From Marsupella aquatica (lineage: Eukaryota > Plantae > Marchantiophyta), in contig OZ316894.1 of NCBI GenBank assembly GCA_973895155.1, forward strand, positions 14,337,680-14,401,679: a DNA stretch of 64,000 nt, given 5' to 3'. Both the position numbers and the translations under genes were made by a program. Each line of letters starts with the position of its first letter. The stretch's first letter is position 1. The notes beneath the pieces are model-generated. The model did no database searches and was not told the DNA's origin. It worked only from the letters and a program-made list of their open reading frames with translations. Shown piece after piece: positions 23,550-36,774 of this stretch.

Positions 23550-26500
23550 ATGGCACCTTCAACAAGTACGATCGAGAAATTAAACTTTCAAGCACTAGAT
23601 ATAGATGGCTTGAATTACTTGTCGTGGTCACTAGATGTGGAGGCACATTTGGCCTCAAAGGAAATCCCCGATACTATTCTTACAGATGCAGGCCACATTT
23701 TACAACAAAAGGCCCAAGCATTGATTCTAATAAGACACCATTTAGCGGATTCACTCAAGCTCCAATATATGAATGAATACAATCCTTGAATTCTATGGGA
23801 GGAACTAAAGAACCGTTTTGATCACACCCGGACTATATTTCTCCCCGTTGCACGCCATGATTGGATAAATCTGCGTGTACAAGACCACAAGTCAATTGCT
23901 GAATATAACAGTGAACTTTTTTGCATAGTATCTCAATTGACTATTTGCGGACACCCAGTAGGAGATGATGAACAGATAGAGAAAACTCTATCTACACTTC
24001 ACTCCACAAACTTAGTACTATCAACGCAGTACCGAAATATGAGGTTTACAAGATATTCAGAGCTAATCGCCCATATGCTTTTAGCATAGAAGCATCAGCT
24101 TCTACTGCTATAGAATACAAAAGCTTGACCACCTGGCACCCTTCCTCCCCAAACACAGACGGAAACTCATTACAATGCTCCACAAACAACACAAAGAAAT
24201 CAATCACAAGATAGAAGATATCAAAGAGGATCATATAGAGGCTGAGGCTCCCAGAGGGGTGGCCGTTTTCAATCATTCAGAGGAGGAAGAAATCAACCTT
24301 ACAGAGGTAGAGGACGAGATAGAGGCGGATACAACAGCTTCAGAAATTCATGGAAACGGGACAATGGGTATAACCCACTGACAAGGAGAGCTGATGACTT
24401 TAGAGATAAGTCCAAAAATCCCCCTATCTGCAATAGGGGGTACACAACATCATCAGTTATCTCAAAAATTTTAGAATCTCAGCTGAGGAGTTGAGTTGGG
24501 GCCTTCGAACTTCTGCTCATCTCAGCTGGGCAGCTGAGGTTGATTCAATCTCGGCTGACCTTGCTGAGATGGGGCGTACGGACCGAAAAAAACGTGGGAA
24601 AAAAAATCAAAAAAAAAAATTTGAAAAAAAAATTCAGAAATTTTCCCATCTCGGCTGGGCTTGCCGAGATAGGTGTCCGTACGGTACGGACGCCTCGTGG
24701 CAAAAAAAAATTTGAAAAAAAAGAGTTTTCCTTCAAATTTTGAAGAAAAATTCAAGATTTGTTTTTCTTCATTTTTTTCTTTTTCGCATCGCAACTTGGC
24801 GGCCTCTCTCAGATGAGGTGGTAGCTGATATCAGGTACACTGATGAAAGTGACTGATAACTGATGAGATTACTTATCTCCTGCAATAGATGTGGCACAAA
24901 AGGTCATATTAGACGCTTTTGTAGAGCACCTACACATCTGGTTGATCTTTATAAGCAAAGTTTAAACAGAGAAATATATGAATATCATGGAGCATTTCTA
25001 GAAGCCCCTACCATCTTACCTGAAATTCACCTCATCTCCCAACCAAATGAGAACCTGAATTCACTAAATTGTTGCATAGTCAATAGTGCCACGTCACATA
25101 CCATTCTACAAGACCCAAAATATTTTAAATTCATAACTCCCTCCTACAGAAGAGTCACAACAATAATGGGCCAACATCAACTAGAAGAAGGCCACGGCCC
25201 AGCTAAACTCATTTTACCCAACGGCACATACATACACATAAAATCTGCGATTTATGCTCCTAAAGCCACAAGAAATCTATTGAGCTTCAAAGACATCCGA
25301 GATAATAATTTGCACATACTCACCGATATAATTGACTCGCGGGATGTTCTACAAATTGTGGCAAAAACACCAACCGGTATACAGATAAAAGAGACATTAA
25401 CTGCACTACCGTCAGGTTTTTACACTACGAAAGCATATAGTTTTCATACAGAACTCAAGAATAGCACAATTACAGAAATATGGCATAACCGGTTGGGCCA
25501 CCCTAGCACAACCATGTTTTACAAGATCATAAAAGATTGCCAGGGCATACCACCTACAGTACACCCAAGATCACTCACATCTCCTTGCCTGGCCTGTTCA
25601 ACAGGAGAGATGGTCACTAGACCAGCACCCTCAACCACAGACAAAGCCATACCGAGATTCCTTGAGCGACTTCATGCTGATGTCTGTGGCCCAATAGATC
25701 CCCCAAGTGGACGCTTCCAATTTTTCTTAGCTCTTATATGTGCCTCGTCAAAATGGTCACAGATTTTTCTCCTATCTACCCGAAATCTGGTATTTCCAAG
25801 GATACTTGCCCACATATTAACATTAAAAGCATAGTTTCCCGACAATCCAATCAGGAAACTTCGAGTGGATAATTCAGGCGAATTTACGTCACAAACATTT
25901 GATGACTTTTGTGTTTCAACATGAATTGAAGCTCAATACTCAGTTCCACATGTACATTTCCAAAACGGAATAGCAGAGTCACTCATCAAAAGATTACAAA
26001 TGATTGCTCGGCCCCTACTTATGCAAACAAATCTCCCTGCCTCTGCATGGGGCCATGCAGTTCTCCATGTAGCTACATTACTGAAATACAGACCATCGGC
26101 TTTTAATTCAAGTACACCATATAATTTAGCTTTTGGTTCTTCCCCGAACTTTTCACATCTCAAAACGTTCGGCTGTAAGTATTGGTCCCAATATTGGGGC
26201 CTAAAAGGACAAAAATGGGACCACATCGCCAACCTGGCATTTATGTGGGTTTCGACTCCACAGCCATTATCCGCTACTTGGAACCATCAACATCGGACGT
26301 ATTCAAAGCACGTTTCGCTGATTGCCATTTTTATGAAACTATTTTCCCCAAGTTGGAGGTGACGAAAACCCATAGACACAAATTACCTAAAGATTTACAA
26401 TGGCAAATCCAGACTGGATTTTGGAATGACCCTCGCACACAGCAAGCAGATTCAGAAATTCAGCGCACACTGCACCTTACAAGAATGATGGATCAACTCC

Positions 26501-28555
26501 CTGATGCTTTTGCAAACGATGCTAAAGTGACTAGATCCCACATCCCAGCAGTGAACACTCTATCCCAAATACAGCACCTGGATATAACGAATCAAACAGA
26601 ACCTCGAGTCAAATGTGGGAGACCAACTGGAGCAACACATAAGCAGCCAAGGCAGAGGCGTTGCAAGGAGACCATACAACCAGCATCAAACCCACCGACA
26701 ACAAAGATACTTTCTGAAACAATGCATCTCGAACATGAAGAAATTGCCATCAATTATCAACATACAGGACAAATCTGGGATCGGTAGACCACACCTTTGG
26801 ATCATATGTTTGTATTCCAAACATCACAAGATATCACTGAAGATTTACCTGATCCCAAACAATCCTGGAGGCTCAAAAACGACACGATTGGACAAAATGG
26901 GAATCAGCCATAACTCCGAATTGGATTCATTAATATCACGTAAAGTATTCGGACAGATTTCCCCGGTTTCACATGAAACCCACCTAACTGGATACAAATG
27001 GATTTTTGTGAAGAAGCGAAATGCAAAAGGTGAAATAGTGAGATACAAAGCACGACTTGTGGCCCGAGGATTTACACAAATCCCAAGAAAGGATTACGAC
27101 TTGACTTATTCTCCAATGATAAATATCATCACCTACAGGTACCTCATAGCATTTGCAATACACTATAAACTTTCCATGCATCAATTGGATACAGTGACCG
27201 CATACCTATATGGAAAACTTGACAAGAATATACAGATGGAGGCTCCGCCTGAGGTGATAAATAGGCTTAAATACCACAGTGAGGGGGAGAACTTACCGAA
27301 AAGCCAAGAGGCTGGCCCTTTTGGCCACACAAATCATAATGTGCTATACAACACCTCACAAACATATGCATATATGGCTTCTCCAAAGCCAGTGATAAGA
27401 TTGAAAGCTTGTACAACTCAAATCCGCTTTGCAATTCAAGTACTACGCTCGCTGTATGGGCTGAAACAGAGCGGACGCACCTGGTATCAATGCTTTCAAG
27501 CAGATATGATAGCCATGGGATTTACAAATGCAGATGTTGCACCATGCATATTCATTAAACGAGAAGGAAAAGAACTGATCATTATAGCAATATATGTTGA
27601 TGATCTAAACTTGTTTGGCACTAGCAAGATAATGCTAGAAACAATCAAACTGCTCCAACGTATTTTTGAAATGCGAGATTTGGGAAAGACATCATTCTGT
27701 CTTGGCTTACAGCTCGAGCACTTACCTCAAGGTATCCTTCTCCACCAATCTACATACACTCAAAAAATGCTCAAAACATTCAAAATGCTCACAGCAAAGA
27801 GTGTAAAATCTCCAATGGACCTGTGTTCATTGGATCGGAATAAAGATATTTTCCAAAAAAGAGAAGAGAACGAACCCCTACTGGGCTCGAAGAAGCCTTA
27901 CTTATCTGCAATAGGCGCCCTCATGTTCTTGGCAAGCCAAACACGACCGGACATCGCATTTGCAGTGAACCTGCTAGCACGCCATAGCTCACAGCCCACA
28001 ATACAACATTGGAATGGGCTTAAACGAATCTTCCGCTATTTGAGTGGAACAATTGATCTTGGTTTACTCTACCCATCAGACATCGACATTACACTCTATG
28101 GATATGCAGATGCAGGATACTTATCCGACCCTGCAGATGCAAAATCCCAGACAGGCTACGTATTTCTTACTGGACCTACAGCAATTTCTTGGAAGAGCAC
28201 CAAGCAATCTCTCACTACAACATCATCTAATCATTCAGAAATAATTGCATTGTACGAAGCTAGCCGCGAATGCCTTTGGCTACGCACAGTAATAGACTAC
28301 ATTCTAGAAAACACAGGTACGTCAAAACTTACTTCACCCACTGTGATTTACGAAGACAATAGACCATGCGTCAAACAGATAGCCGCAGGATACATCAACA
28401 TTCTTTAATATGAACAACAGCATAAACAGATCGAAGTACAATGGATCCCTAGTCAACAGAACTCTGCCGACATATTCACAAAGGCTTTACCTCCTATCAC
28501 GCACAGTGAACTTACCAAAACTTTAGGGATGCGCACCTTTACTTCACTTTTATAG
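23550..28555 (+). pseudogene. Copia gag-pol (gag, PR, IN, RT, RNase H), disrupted
   Basis: ALDIDGLNYLSWSLDVEAHL; CNRCGTKGHIRRFC; WHNRLGHP; LHADVCGP; RYKARLVARGF; SLYGLKQSG; IYVDDL; GYADAGY; IYEDN. Confidence 0.95.
24437..24879 (+). mobile_element. Small non-autonomous DNA element with 9-bp TSD (MULE-type), copy 1, inserted in the Copia gag zinc knuckle
   Basis: TSD CTGCAATAG (24428-24436 / 24880-24888); ends GGGGTACAC...TATCTC; subterminal inverted CATCAGTTATC. Confidence 0.9.
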
Positions 28556-29531
28556 GAATGATGAAGAAACCAGTTCAAGAACACTTCGAATTCAGGGGGA
28601 GCATACACACCAAGCAACGGCCGAGAAGGACAAACAACACAAAATACCGATCACCCCAGCTCTTACGACGAATACTTTAGACGCTGAAGCTGCATCAATC
28701 TACTCCTGAACGCCAACTCTCGACCAAAGAACCCTACTTTTCTCAAGACAAAGAGCATCGAGAGAACGCGCGACCACATGCGAATGAACATATTTTACAT
28801 AACTCTAGTTAACCTAGTAATACCAAAAGTAACCATAAAAGTTCTCATTATGTTTACACTACACTCCTATATTAAAACTCTTTTTTGGGTGGTAACACTC
28901 TTTCTCCCAGAAGAAAGCAAGGGAGTTTTAATGAGGTTACACCAATTATAGATCAAAACCCAACATAGACTTAAAGTTATTGCAACACTTCTACCCAAAA
29001 TGTTGCAAAGGGGAGTGTTATAATACATAGGTTAAGTCTAGACTTGGGTTATCTGGACACCTAGGATTAAGTTACCTTAACCTTAGGTAACTGTTGTAAC
29101 TACCTAGACTTTGGCTTGAACCAACCACCATGTATATACTCCATTTGGAACTTGAAGGAAGAACACACTTATCATTGTATAGTTACTCAAACACAACACA
29201 TATAAAGATGTATTTGTCTGTAACTTTTGGTGTTTTCTAAACATACACAGAGTTATGACATGAGAGACACTCTAGAAATCATTTTGGTACCATATGAAAG
29301 TTTTTGCTAGCAATCTCGCTAGCAAGATGAGGACACATTAAATTGAAAACACATTCAAAGCTTTATTTAGCATTTGTCCCATCTGATCATCAAAACATCT
29401 GTAACTGACAAAATGTCCGTGTCCTCCCAAACATTTCAGGTCAAGCTCACAGACTTCACAGATCTAAACTATCAAACTACGTCTTTGCACAACGCAGAGG
29501 AAATGTCCTAGTGGTACTATTCATGGAGTTA

Positions 29532-29948
29532 CTACCTTGTATGCGTCTGAATCTGTGTCATAATCGAATGAAGCAAGGATGTCGGCTGTCCAGTAGTTGT
29601 GTATCTCGAGGTCCCTCTTGTAAGACTCCTCAAGACCACTGGACTCCTCTCTCTTCCGCTTCTCCAAAATGCCCTAAGAAACTCATACGTTGGTGCGAGA
29701 AGACATTGGTGCTCGGGAAACAACGCTTGAAATTGTTTCCTTTGGAGGTGGAGCACGCTGAGTTGATGCATTGACATCATGACCCGACTGGATGATGTTC
29801 CAGTCTTGATTATAGGGGGGGCAACACTCTTCTTTGGCGGTGGAGAGCTTGGTGGGGAGTCCAGTGGGCCGTCGGTTTTGGCATTGTAGCGGCGGACCTC
29901 CAGATTCCACTTTGCTTTTGGAGCGGGAGTTTCATTGTTCCTTGCCAT
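29532..29948 (-). CDS. Hypothetical small protein, possibly an accessory gene of the MULE element
   Basis: 138-aa ORF with a good ATG context (caaaaATGG) and a Pro/Ser-rich N-terminus. No recognised domain. Confidence 0.25.
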   Translation of the reverse strand: MARNNETPAPKAKWNLEVRRYNAKTDGPLDSPPSSPPPKKSVAPPIIKTGTSSSRVMMSMHQLSVLHLQRKQFQALFPEHQCLLAPTYEFLRAFWRSGRERSPVVLRSLTRGTSRYTTTGQPTSLLHSIMTQIQTHTR

Positions 29949-30184
29949 TTTTGTCTATAACAAAACACTTTTGCAAATGAGATTACTTTCAAAAATATTG
30001 CAAGTCCACTTAATAAAAAACCTTCTAAACATCCAAACTGATCAAATCGAATCGTGCAAAACTATGAGAACACAAAAAGAACTAAGATATATAACCCAAC
30101 GTTCTTATTAACAAGAAAGCTACTTGGTGGGAAGAGATTGTCGTGTATCAAACTTACAACTCCTTGTGTGAGTGGTTGGACAAA

Positions 30185-30696
30185 GGGGTACACAACATCA
30201 TCAGTTATCTCAAAAATTTCAAAATCTCAGTTGAGGAGTTGAGATGGGGCCTTCAAACTTCCGCGCATCTCAGCTGGGCAGCCGAGGTTGACTCAATCTC
30301 GGCTGACCTCGCCGAGATGGGCGTACGGACCGAAAAAAAATCCCCCCCAAAAAAACCAAAATTTTTCCTGAAAAAAAAATATTTGGAATTTTCCCCATCT
30401 CAGCTGGCCTCGCCGAGATGGGGCGTACGGACCAAAAAAACGTGGAAAAAAAAACCAAAAATTTGGCCCCCCAATTTTCAAATTTTTTTTCGCATCTTGG
30501 CTGGGCTCGCCGAGATAGGTGTCCGTACGGTACGGACGCCTCATGGCGAAAAAAAAATTGAAGAAAAATTCAAGATTTTTTTTCTTCATTTTTTTCTTTT
30601 TTGCATCGCAACTTGGCGGCCTCTCTGAGATGAGGTGGCAGCTGATATCAGGTACACTGATGAAAGTGACTGATAACTGATGAGATTACCTATCTC
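30185..30696 (+). mobile_element. Same small 9-bp-TSD element, copy 2
   Basis: TSD TTGGACAAA (30176-30184 / 30697-30705); same termini as copy 1; one additional internal repeat unit. Confidence 0.92.
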
Positions 30697-32038
30697 TTGG
30701 ACAAACAATGTGCTATGCGCGTCAACCTGGAGAACACTAGATCCCCTCCTGGCCCGCGAAGATAAGAACACCAGCTCGATTGAAGTTACTCTGCAAGGAG
30801 AAGACAATTGCAAAATTGTCCTGCTCTGAGGAGACAATGAGTGCAAAAGAACGATCAAACTGTTAGGAATGGAGATGACCCAAAGGTACGAATGAGATAT
30901 AGTGGATTTCAAGAGCCTCAGATCCTACAAAACGGTTTTGGGTTCCAGTCCTTTCACGCTTGAATGATGCAGAAGGGTGCATTGGATTCTATCATGAGAT
31001 GAGCTCCCGTATTGCTGGCGCTAAAACCGTTCGTTTCTGTGCTTTCTCATGAGTGTGTTTTCGTGTGGATCAAGTCCGCACAAAGTATTTTGTGCAAGAA
31101 TTACAGACACAATTATGGCTAGCAATTTTGCTGGCCTGATGTACGTTGGAATTCTATGTTCAATTATGAGGCCATGCACTCACCTTCGTGATCGGGGAAT
31201 ACGTAATATGTACCAATTCACCATGAGGATAGGTTTTGAAATCCAACGGGAGTTTTATATATAGGTGTAGTTACAAGTTTCTTTTAGGCTAGTGAGTGTC
31301 AATTCATGCAAGCAAGGTTATTTTCATGCCAAATTTTGGGTATTGCAAGGAGAAAATGTGCTCGTGTGAGGAAAAGTTTTACTATTTCCTCGCACGCTAC
31401 AATGACCCAATTTGCGCAATGACCGCCATTACTCCGCGGTTCCCCCAATGGTGTAGTTTGTCATTCAACATGGTTTGACTCTAAACTTTATATTAGGTCT
31501 TATTGATGATAATATCAAGCTAAAACTCCTTAATTTAAGAGTTTTAGCTTGAATTTTACAAGAACATCTAACACAAAAGTGTTGGGAGGGACCTAGTTTG
31601 TAACAAAATTTCATAAGGGCCTATCACCTAAATTTCTTTTGACAGGTCCATCTAGCATATACCTCTTATAAATATTACCTTTTTAATTTAAAAAATGTTA
31701 GGTCCATTCGAATCTGGGAAACCAAAGCCCGGATGGACTCGGAGGTTGTCTCCCAACATCCCCATGGACTATGACACATAAACTGAGCATCTTACACCTA
31801 ATAATGAGAAAATCTAGGTAATAAATGTTCTCATTAGCTGTACATTTTAATTATGTTAGGAGACTTTGTGCACCTAAAAGTGAACTGAAAACATGCATGA
31901 AATGAAATAAAGGTGGACATCTAGTACTGTATTTGAAATTTTTGAGACCTCTGCGACGGCAAAGTACTCAAAGCGCTTATTGTAACAAGAGCAGCGCTCT
32001 ATGAAAAATAAGATTTCTCAACAATACCATCTTAGATT

Positions 32039-34198
32039 CCTTGGAATATTTTAATTTTTATAAATTTGAAAGCCACGAAAACCCCATGGCAGGGGAAAGC
32101 CAGTAGCACCAGGCAAGGAAACAAAGGAACAACAACCCACACCCAGAACCCCGCTAAACAAGGGGGAAAAGTGGTCCACAAGTGTCAAAAAGAACTAAGA
32201 ATCACCAGATATCAAAGTTGGGGGACCGATGTCACCCATCCATCCTTGCTAAACCACACCATTCTTAAGCTCATCATTTCACGCGCTCTCTGTAATCTAG
32301 CATATCGTCGATTATGGGGCATGCCCAGTCCCACAGCAGAGACATGATCTGCAGCCTCCGAAAGCAAAAATCTAAAGTCAAATCTACGAGTACCATCTAT
32401 CTGAAACATATGTTCATTTCTGCCGGTCCACAACTGCCACAGCATCTGGAAGAGAATAAACATTTTCACTACCTTCCCTGGTTCTCTGCCAGTCGCAGAA
32501 TCTAAAAGCGTAACTAATCCATTAGGGTGACTAGCAAACATGCCCCTGAAGCCACCAACATAGACTGACCAACACTTCCTAGCATGTATACATTGCATAA
32601 AAAGGTGAGGAAGCGATTCGCTTACTCTAGGGCAGAGCTTGCAGTGCCCATTACCCTTGCCAATGCGATCAGCCCTCACTTTGTAAAGAGTCCAGAGGCC
32701 AGCACCCTCCAAATAAAGGTCTTTGCACAAGTGGACAAATCTGATCTCCAAATACTTGCCCATCCCTCTCTCCATTCCTCCGCCGACTTGCTGGTCCCCC
32801 AGGTTCGATTCAGACTCTCATGATCCTCAGTAGTTGGATGCAGCAGTTGGTAAGCACGGATGTTAGTAATTTTGAATTCCTTTAAAACTTCCAGTTTATC
32901 CGCCCATCTCCAACATACAGGTCCAGGTGCAAATGCAAACTCACAGGAGTGAATTTCCTGTAGTCTCACAGTAAATTCCCTGCACTTATCCCTATGGAGC
33001 AGAGAGAATCCTCTGATGTGGTCCCAACAATCCGAGATATCTCTCCATTCACCCAGCCCCTCACTCCATAGATTCTGAATGCACTTGATGCCCAGTCTTC
33101 CACATATCTCCATTACTACCCTGAAATCTTCATTTGACCAAGCTTGAAATCCTTTCAAGCAACGCAAAGTATCCCCCACACTCCATCTTCCAGGAATCCT
33201 CCCCCTGGGCACAAATATCAAGTGAGTACGTAGCTCAGCCCAAGCCCTCCATAGGCCCCCTGTATACGATAATCCATGCAGTGCACGGGGGGTGCACAGT
33301 AGCAATTTATCCTGGAAGGTATACTCATTCTTGCGTATTACTTTGTAGTTCTCCCAACTGATCAAGTTCAAGTTAGCTTCAAACATGCAAGCCCACTCCG
33401 ATGTCGGACAGTCCAGCGCACGTGTGAACCACTTTGAAAGCAAGGCATCCAAATGACTCCTGAACTCCTTGAATCCAATTCCCCCTTCCATTCTAGGCCG
33501 TGCCATTCGAGCCCATGATACCAGTGGGATCTTCCGTCCCCCTTCCGGATTATATCCCCAAAGAAAGTCTCGGCAGAGTGTTGTAAGTTTTCTTGCTAAA
33601 CCTGCTGATGCCTTCAGAAACATAGTGTGGTAAATCGGTATTGCCTATAAGATATGTCGAATCAAGAGAGATCTCCCAGTAAATGAAAGTAACTTGTTAG
33701 CCCATGAGGAGAGTCTCGTGCCAATCTTATCTAGGCAAAAGCGATAAGTAATCTCATCAGTTATCAGTCACTTTCATCAGTGTACCTGATATCAGCTGCC
33801 ACCTCATCTCAGAGAGGCCGCCAAGTTGTGATGCGAAAAACAAAAAAATTAAGAAAAACAAAAATCTTGAATTGTTGTCAGTCCATCTGGGCCCGGGGCC
33901 TTATCGTTGGGCAGCATCCATAATACTTCTTTGATTTCCAAACCAGTTGGCAATCCCTCCAGCCAAGCAAGTTCAGCAGCAGATAATGCAACCGCAGTAT
34001 GTGCTAATAGTTTCTTACGAGCTCATAAGATGTCCACCTGTTCTGTCCCGGATGCCTCTACCGGAGCATAGAGCTCCTCACAACATTCGACCACTTTTGT
34101 AAGAATTTGTGCAAGGTCAGTTATCTCTCGACCATCGGCCACTACCAGTCTGACCATAGCCTCGCGTGTGCGTTTAGCCTTGGTAGTAGCGAAATAGA
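32039..34198 (-). mobile_element. 5'-truncated L1 LINE fragment related to LINE 1
   Basis: RDFLWG..KIPLVSW..GGIGF, CAKTFIWR, CKLC..ESLPHLFMQC; T-rich tail at ~32048-32067; candidate TSD ATCTTAGATT (32029-32038 / 34199-34208). Confidence 0.85.
33741..33873 (-). mobile_element. Truncated third copy of the small element, at a deletion breakpoint in LINE 2
   Basis: Reverse complement of the element's 3' ~130 bp. The LINE sequence jumps across most of RT at this point. Confidence 0.8.
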
Positions 34199-34304
34199 AT
34201 CTTAGATTAAAATTTGAGGTAGCTTTTTTGCAACAAAATAAATCAAACCCCTCCTTAACACAAGGGCAACACTCTATGGAAAATAGTATTCCATCTCAAG
34301 AGCA

Positions 34305-34440
34305 TGTTGTGCGCATAAACATTGCTACACAACATACATCGCTTGTCACACATATCTAAGCATAGTCACAATTAACATCACAAACATAAGAGAATGGAGT
34401 ACAAGTGAAACTCCTATCCACACATGTCCAAAACCCACAA
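34305..34440 (-). repeat. Terminal repeat B2 (136 bp)
   Basis: Direct repeat of 34774-34909, about 8 mismatches counted by eye. Confidence 0.92.
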
Positions 34441-34771
34441 TAATCTTCAAGAGCAATTGAACAATGATTGATGCCAATCAAACACACAATCCTGCCCGAT
34501 GCGATCACACACTTATGTCAAGCCAAACGCACCTTGCGCCTTAAGGAATCCATGTTACGTACACACAACCTAGACAGCCACACGATAGCCGCTAGAGTTT
34601 GTGCTCGAAAGGCTCAACATCAAAAGATGAGACCTTTGAGCCAACACAAAGAGATATATAACTATCCCTCACAAACATACACTAACTCTAAAACACTTAG
34701 ATAACACACATATGAAAGCCTCAAACCTACATAGTCCAATATCCTATACTACCACTCATAATGGTGTGACA
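34441..34771 (-). repeat. Repeat A2 (331 bp)
   Basis: Direct repeat of 60811-61141, about 14 mismatches counted by eye. Confidence 0.95.
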
Positions 34772-34773
34772 GC

Positions 34774-34909
34774 TGTTGTGCGTATAAACATCGATACACA
34801 ACATACATTGCTTGTCACACATATCTAAGCATAGTCACAATCAATATCACAAACATAAGAGAATGGAGTACAAGGGGAACTCCTATCCACACATGTCCAA
34901 AACCCACAA
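34774..34909 (-). repeat. Repeat B1, immediately after the PPT-like TAGGGGGGCGA (minus strand)
   Basis: Direct repeat of 34305-34440. A purine tract lies at 34910-34920 on the minus strand. Confidence 0.92.
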
Positions 34910-35084
34910 TCGCCCCCCTAACTGGGAGTGAGGTCCCCTAACTCTAGCTAGCCATAAGTTCTACAAGGTTGATATACACATTTTTTAAGTGTGAAGATCA
35001 TGAGGCTGGGTGCAAGTGAGCCCCATTGATCACCTTCCTGCAATCTATACTTTCCATGAGAACACAAATGGTAACTAGTCGGCT

Positions 35085-36753
35085 TCACTGACATTGAGGA
35101 CACAACCATGATCCACTACGAATCACCTCCAATGGTGGTGTCAAACACGACATGTGCCAACACTTATCACAAATGAACATAGTGGCAGCTCCTTGAGCAG
35201 ATCCACACAACATGCACTTCAAGTCGGCACGAACCTGAGTCAAGCTTGGATCTACTGTACCATCAATGTTTGAAAAATAACATGGTGCACAATTACGTAC
35301 ATGTTCCTTCCAAACCATACCATCACGTCCTTCCAACATTAGGACACTAGAAGACAACACTTCACGCACACGTAAGATTGTCCGACCTGCGGTCATGTCA
35401 AGTGTCGTTGGTGCTGTTTGCTGCAAATAAACAAAATCACCAGGATGAAACCGTCAAATCCTCGCACGATAACCTCCTCCACGAATAGTGGCATACCTCA
35501 AAGTATCACGATGTTGAGCAATGACAAGGTTTTCAAAGGCCATGGGCATGACTCTCTCAAAAACTCGTGCCCTCTTTGAGCACACCTTGACCCAAACATC
35601 AGGATCATCCAAATCCACAACAATTGCCACATCACGACGAATAGCCGTTGGCAAATATGGCTCTCTACCATAGAGCAAGAAATAAGGTGAGAAAGATGTA
35701 AGTGATGCTTGTCAACTAAAACGGTAGCCCATAGCTAACCAAGGTAGCTGGAGATCCCAATCTCCCAAATGACCAACCTGCAAGCCATACTTACACAATC
35801 CTCTCTTCACGGTTTGTACAACTCTCTTTGCTAATCCATCTGCCTCTGGATGATCACAAGAAGTAGACAGTACGATGATCAATAAGAGCTTGCTCACACA
35901 AACCCTCAAACTCTCCACGGAATTTTGTGCCCCGATCAGTCAACACCTCAACCGGTGCTCCAAAATGACTGAGTACTCGATCCAAAAATGTGATAGCCAC
36001 TCCTCCACTAGCTTTATCTGGCAATGCCACTAGTTCAATCCACTTGGAAAAGTGCTTCACCATAACCAAAATATATCGATTATGACGTTGGGTAAGAGGT
36101 AATGGACCAGCAAAATCCAAACTCCATTGATATCCCAAACCCATTATCGATAATGGATGCAATTGGGGAGTGGGAGCATTGAACAATGCTTGCACTCGAT
36201 CACATACCACACACTTAGCAATCAATTGTTGGATATCAGTGCGCATACCACACCACCAATAATGTGTCTGCAACAAGCTATATGTGCGTTTCACACCAAA
36301 GTGACCCAACTCCTTTTGCGCATGTCGCACCAAACGTACTCGTTGTGACAATTTTGGTACAACCAACACTTTGCCATCATGTAGTATCCTCAAAAGATGG
36401 TTTCCTTCCCATCGAAACCTCTTGGCTCGTTGTAGAACCCTATCTCGCTCCTTAGCATCACAATTGCCAACAATGGAGCCACCACGCAAATATTCCAACA
36501 CTCTCTTGTCGTTATGAATATCTTGCTGCCCAAAAACTACGTCATCAACATCCATATCTGAAGACTCAACATCTACCCCATCCAATAAAGTAGAGTCCAT
36601 AGATCCACTATATGTTGGAACCCAACAAAGAAAGGCAGATGCATGCCATCCTGGCACACTCTCCTTATCCGACTCATCATGCCATTGAGCTCCAGTCTCA
36701 TCCTCTTGACTGGTACATGGATTACGGCTCAACCCATCCGCATCCAAGTTCAC
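35085..36753 (-). pseudogene. Gypsy DDE integrase with C-terminal PHD finger
   Basis: H..ELGHFG...CVVC, WSLDFAGP, VLTDRG, HPEADGLAKR, LYGREP; CMLCGS...MFICDKCWHMSCLTPPL...GSWLCPQC. Confidence 0.92.
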
Positions 36754-36774
36754 TTTACTAGGCCTATGTACAAC

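Larger units (their letters stand above)
23034..29193 (+). mobile_element. Ty1/copia LTR retrotransposon, Bianca-like lineage
   Basis: 178-bp LTRs at 23034-23211 and 29016-29193 (3 mismatches seen); TSD CAACA; PBS at 23212-23225; PPT AAAGGGGAG. Confidence 0.96.

Noticed and set aside
31515-31552. Hairpin TCAAGCTAAAACTC...GAGTTTTAGCTTGA as a terminator or Helitron end
   Set aside because: It is an isolated AT-rich inverted repeat with no supporting context.
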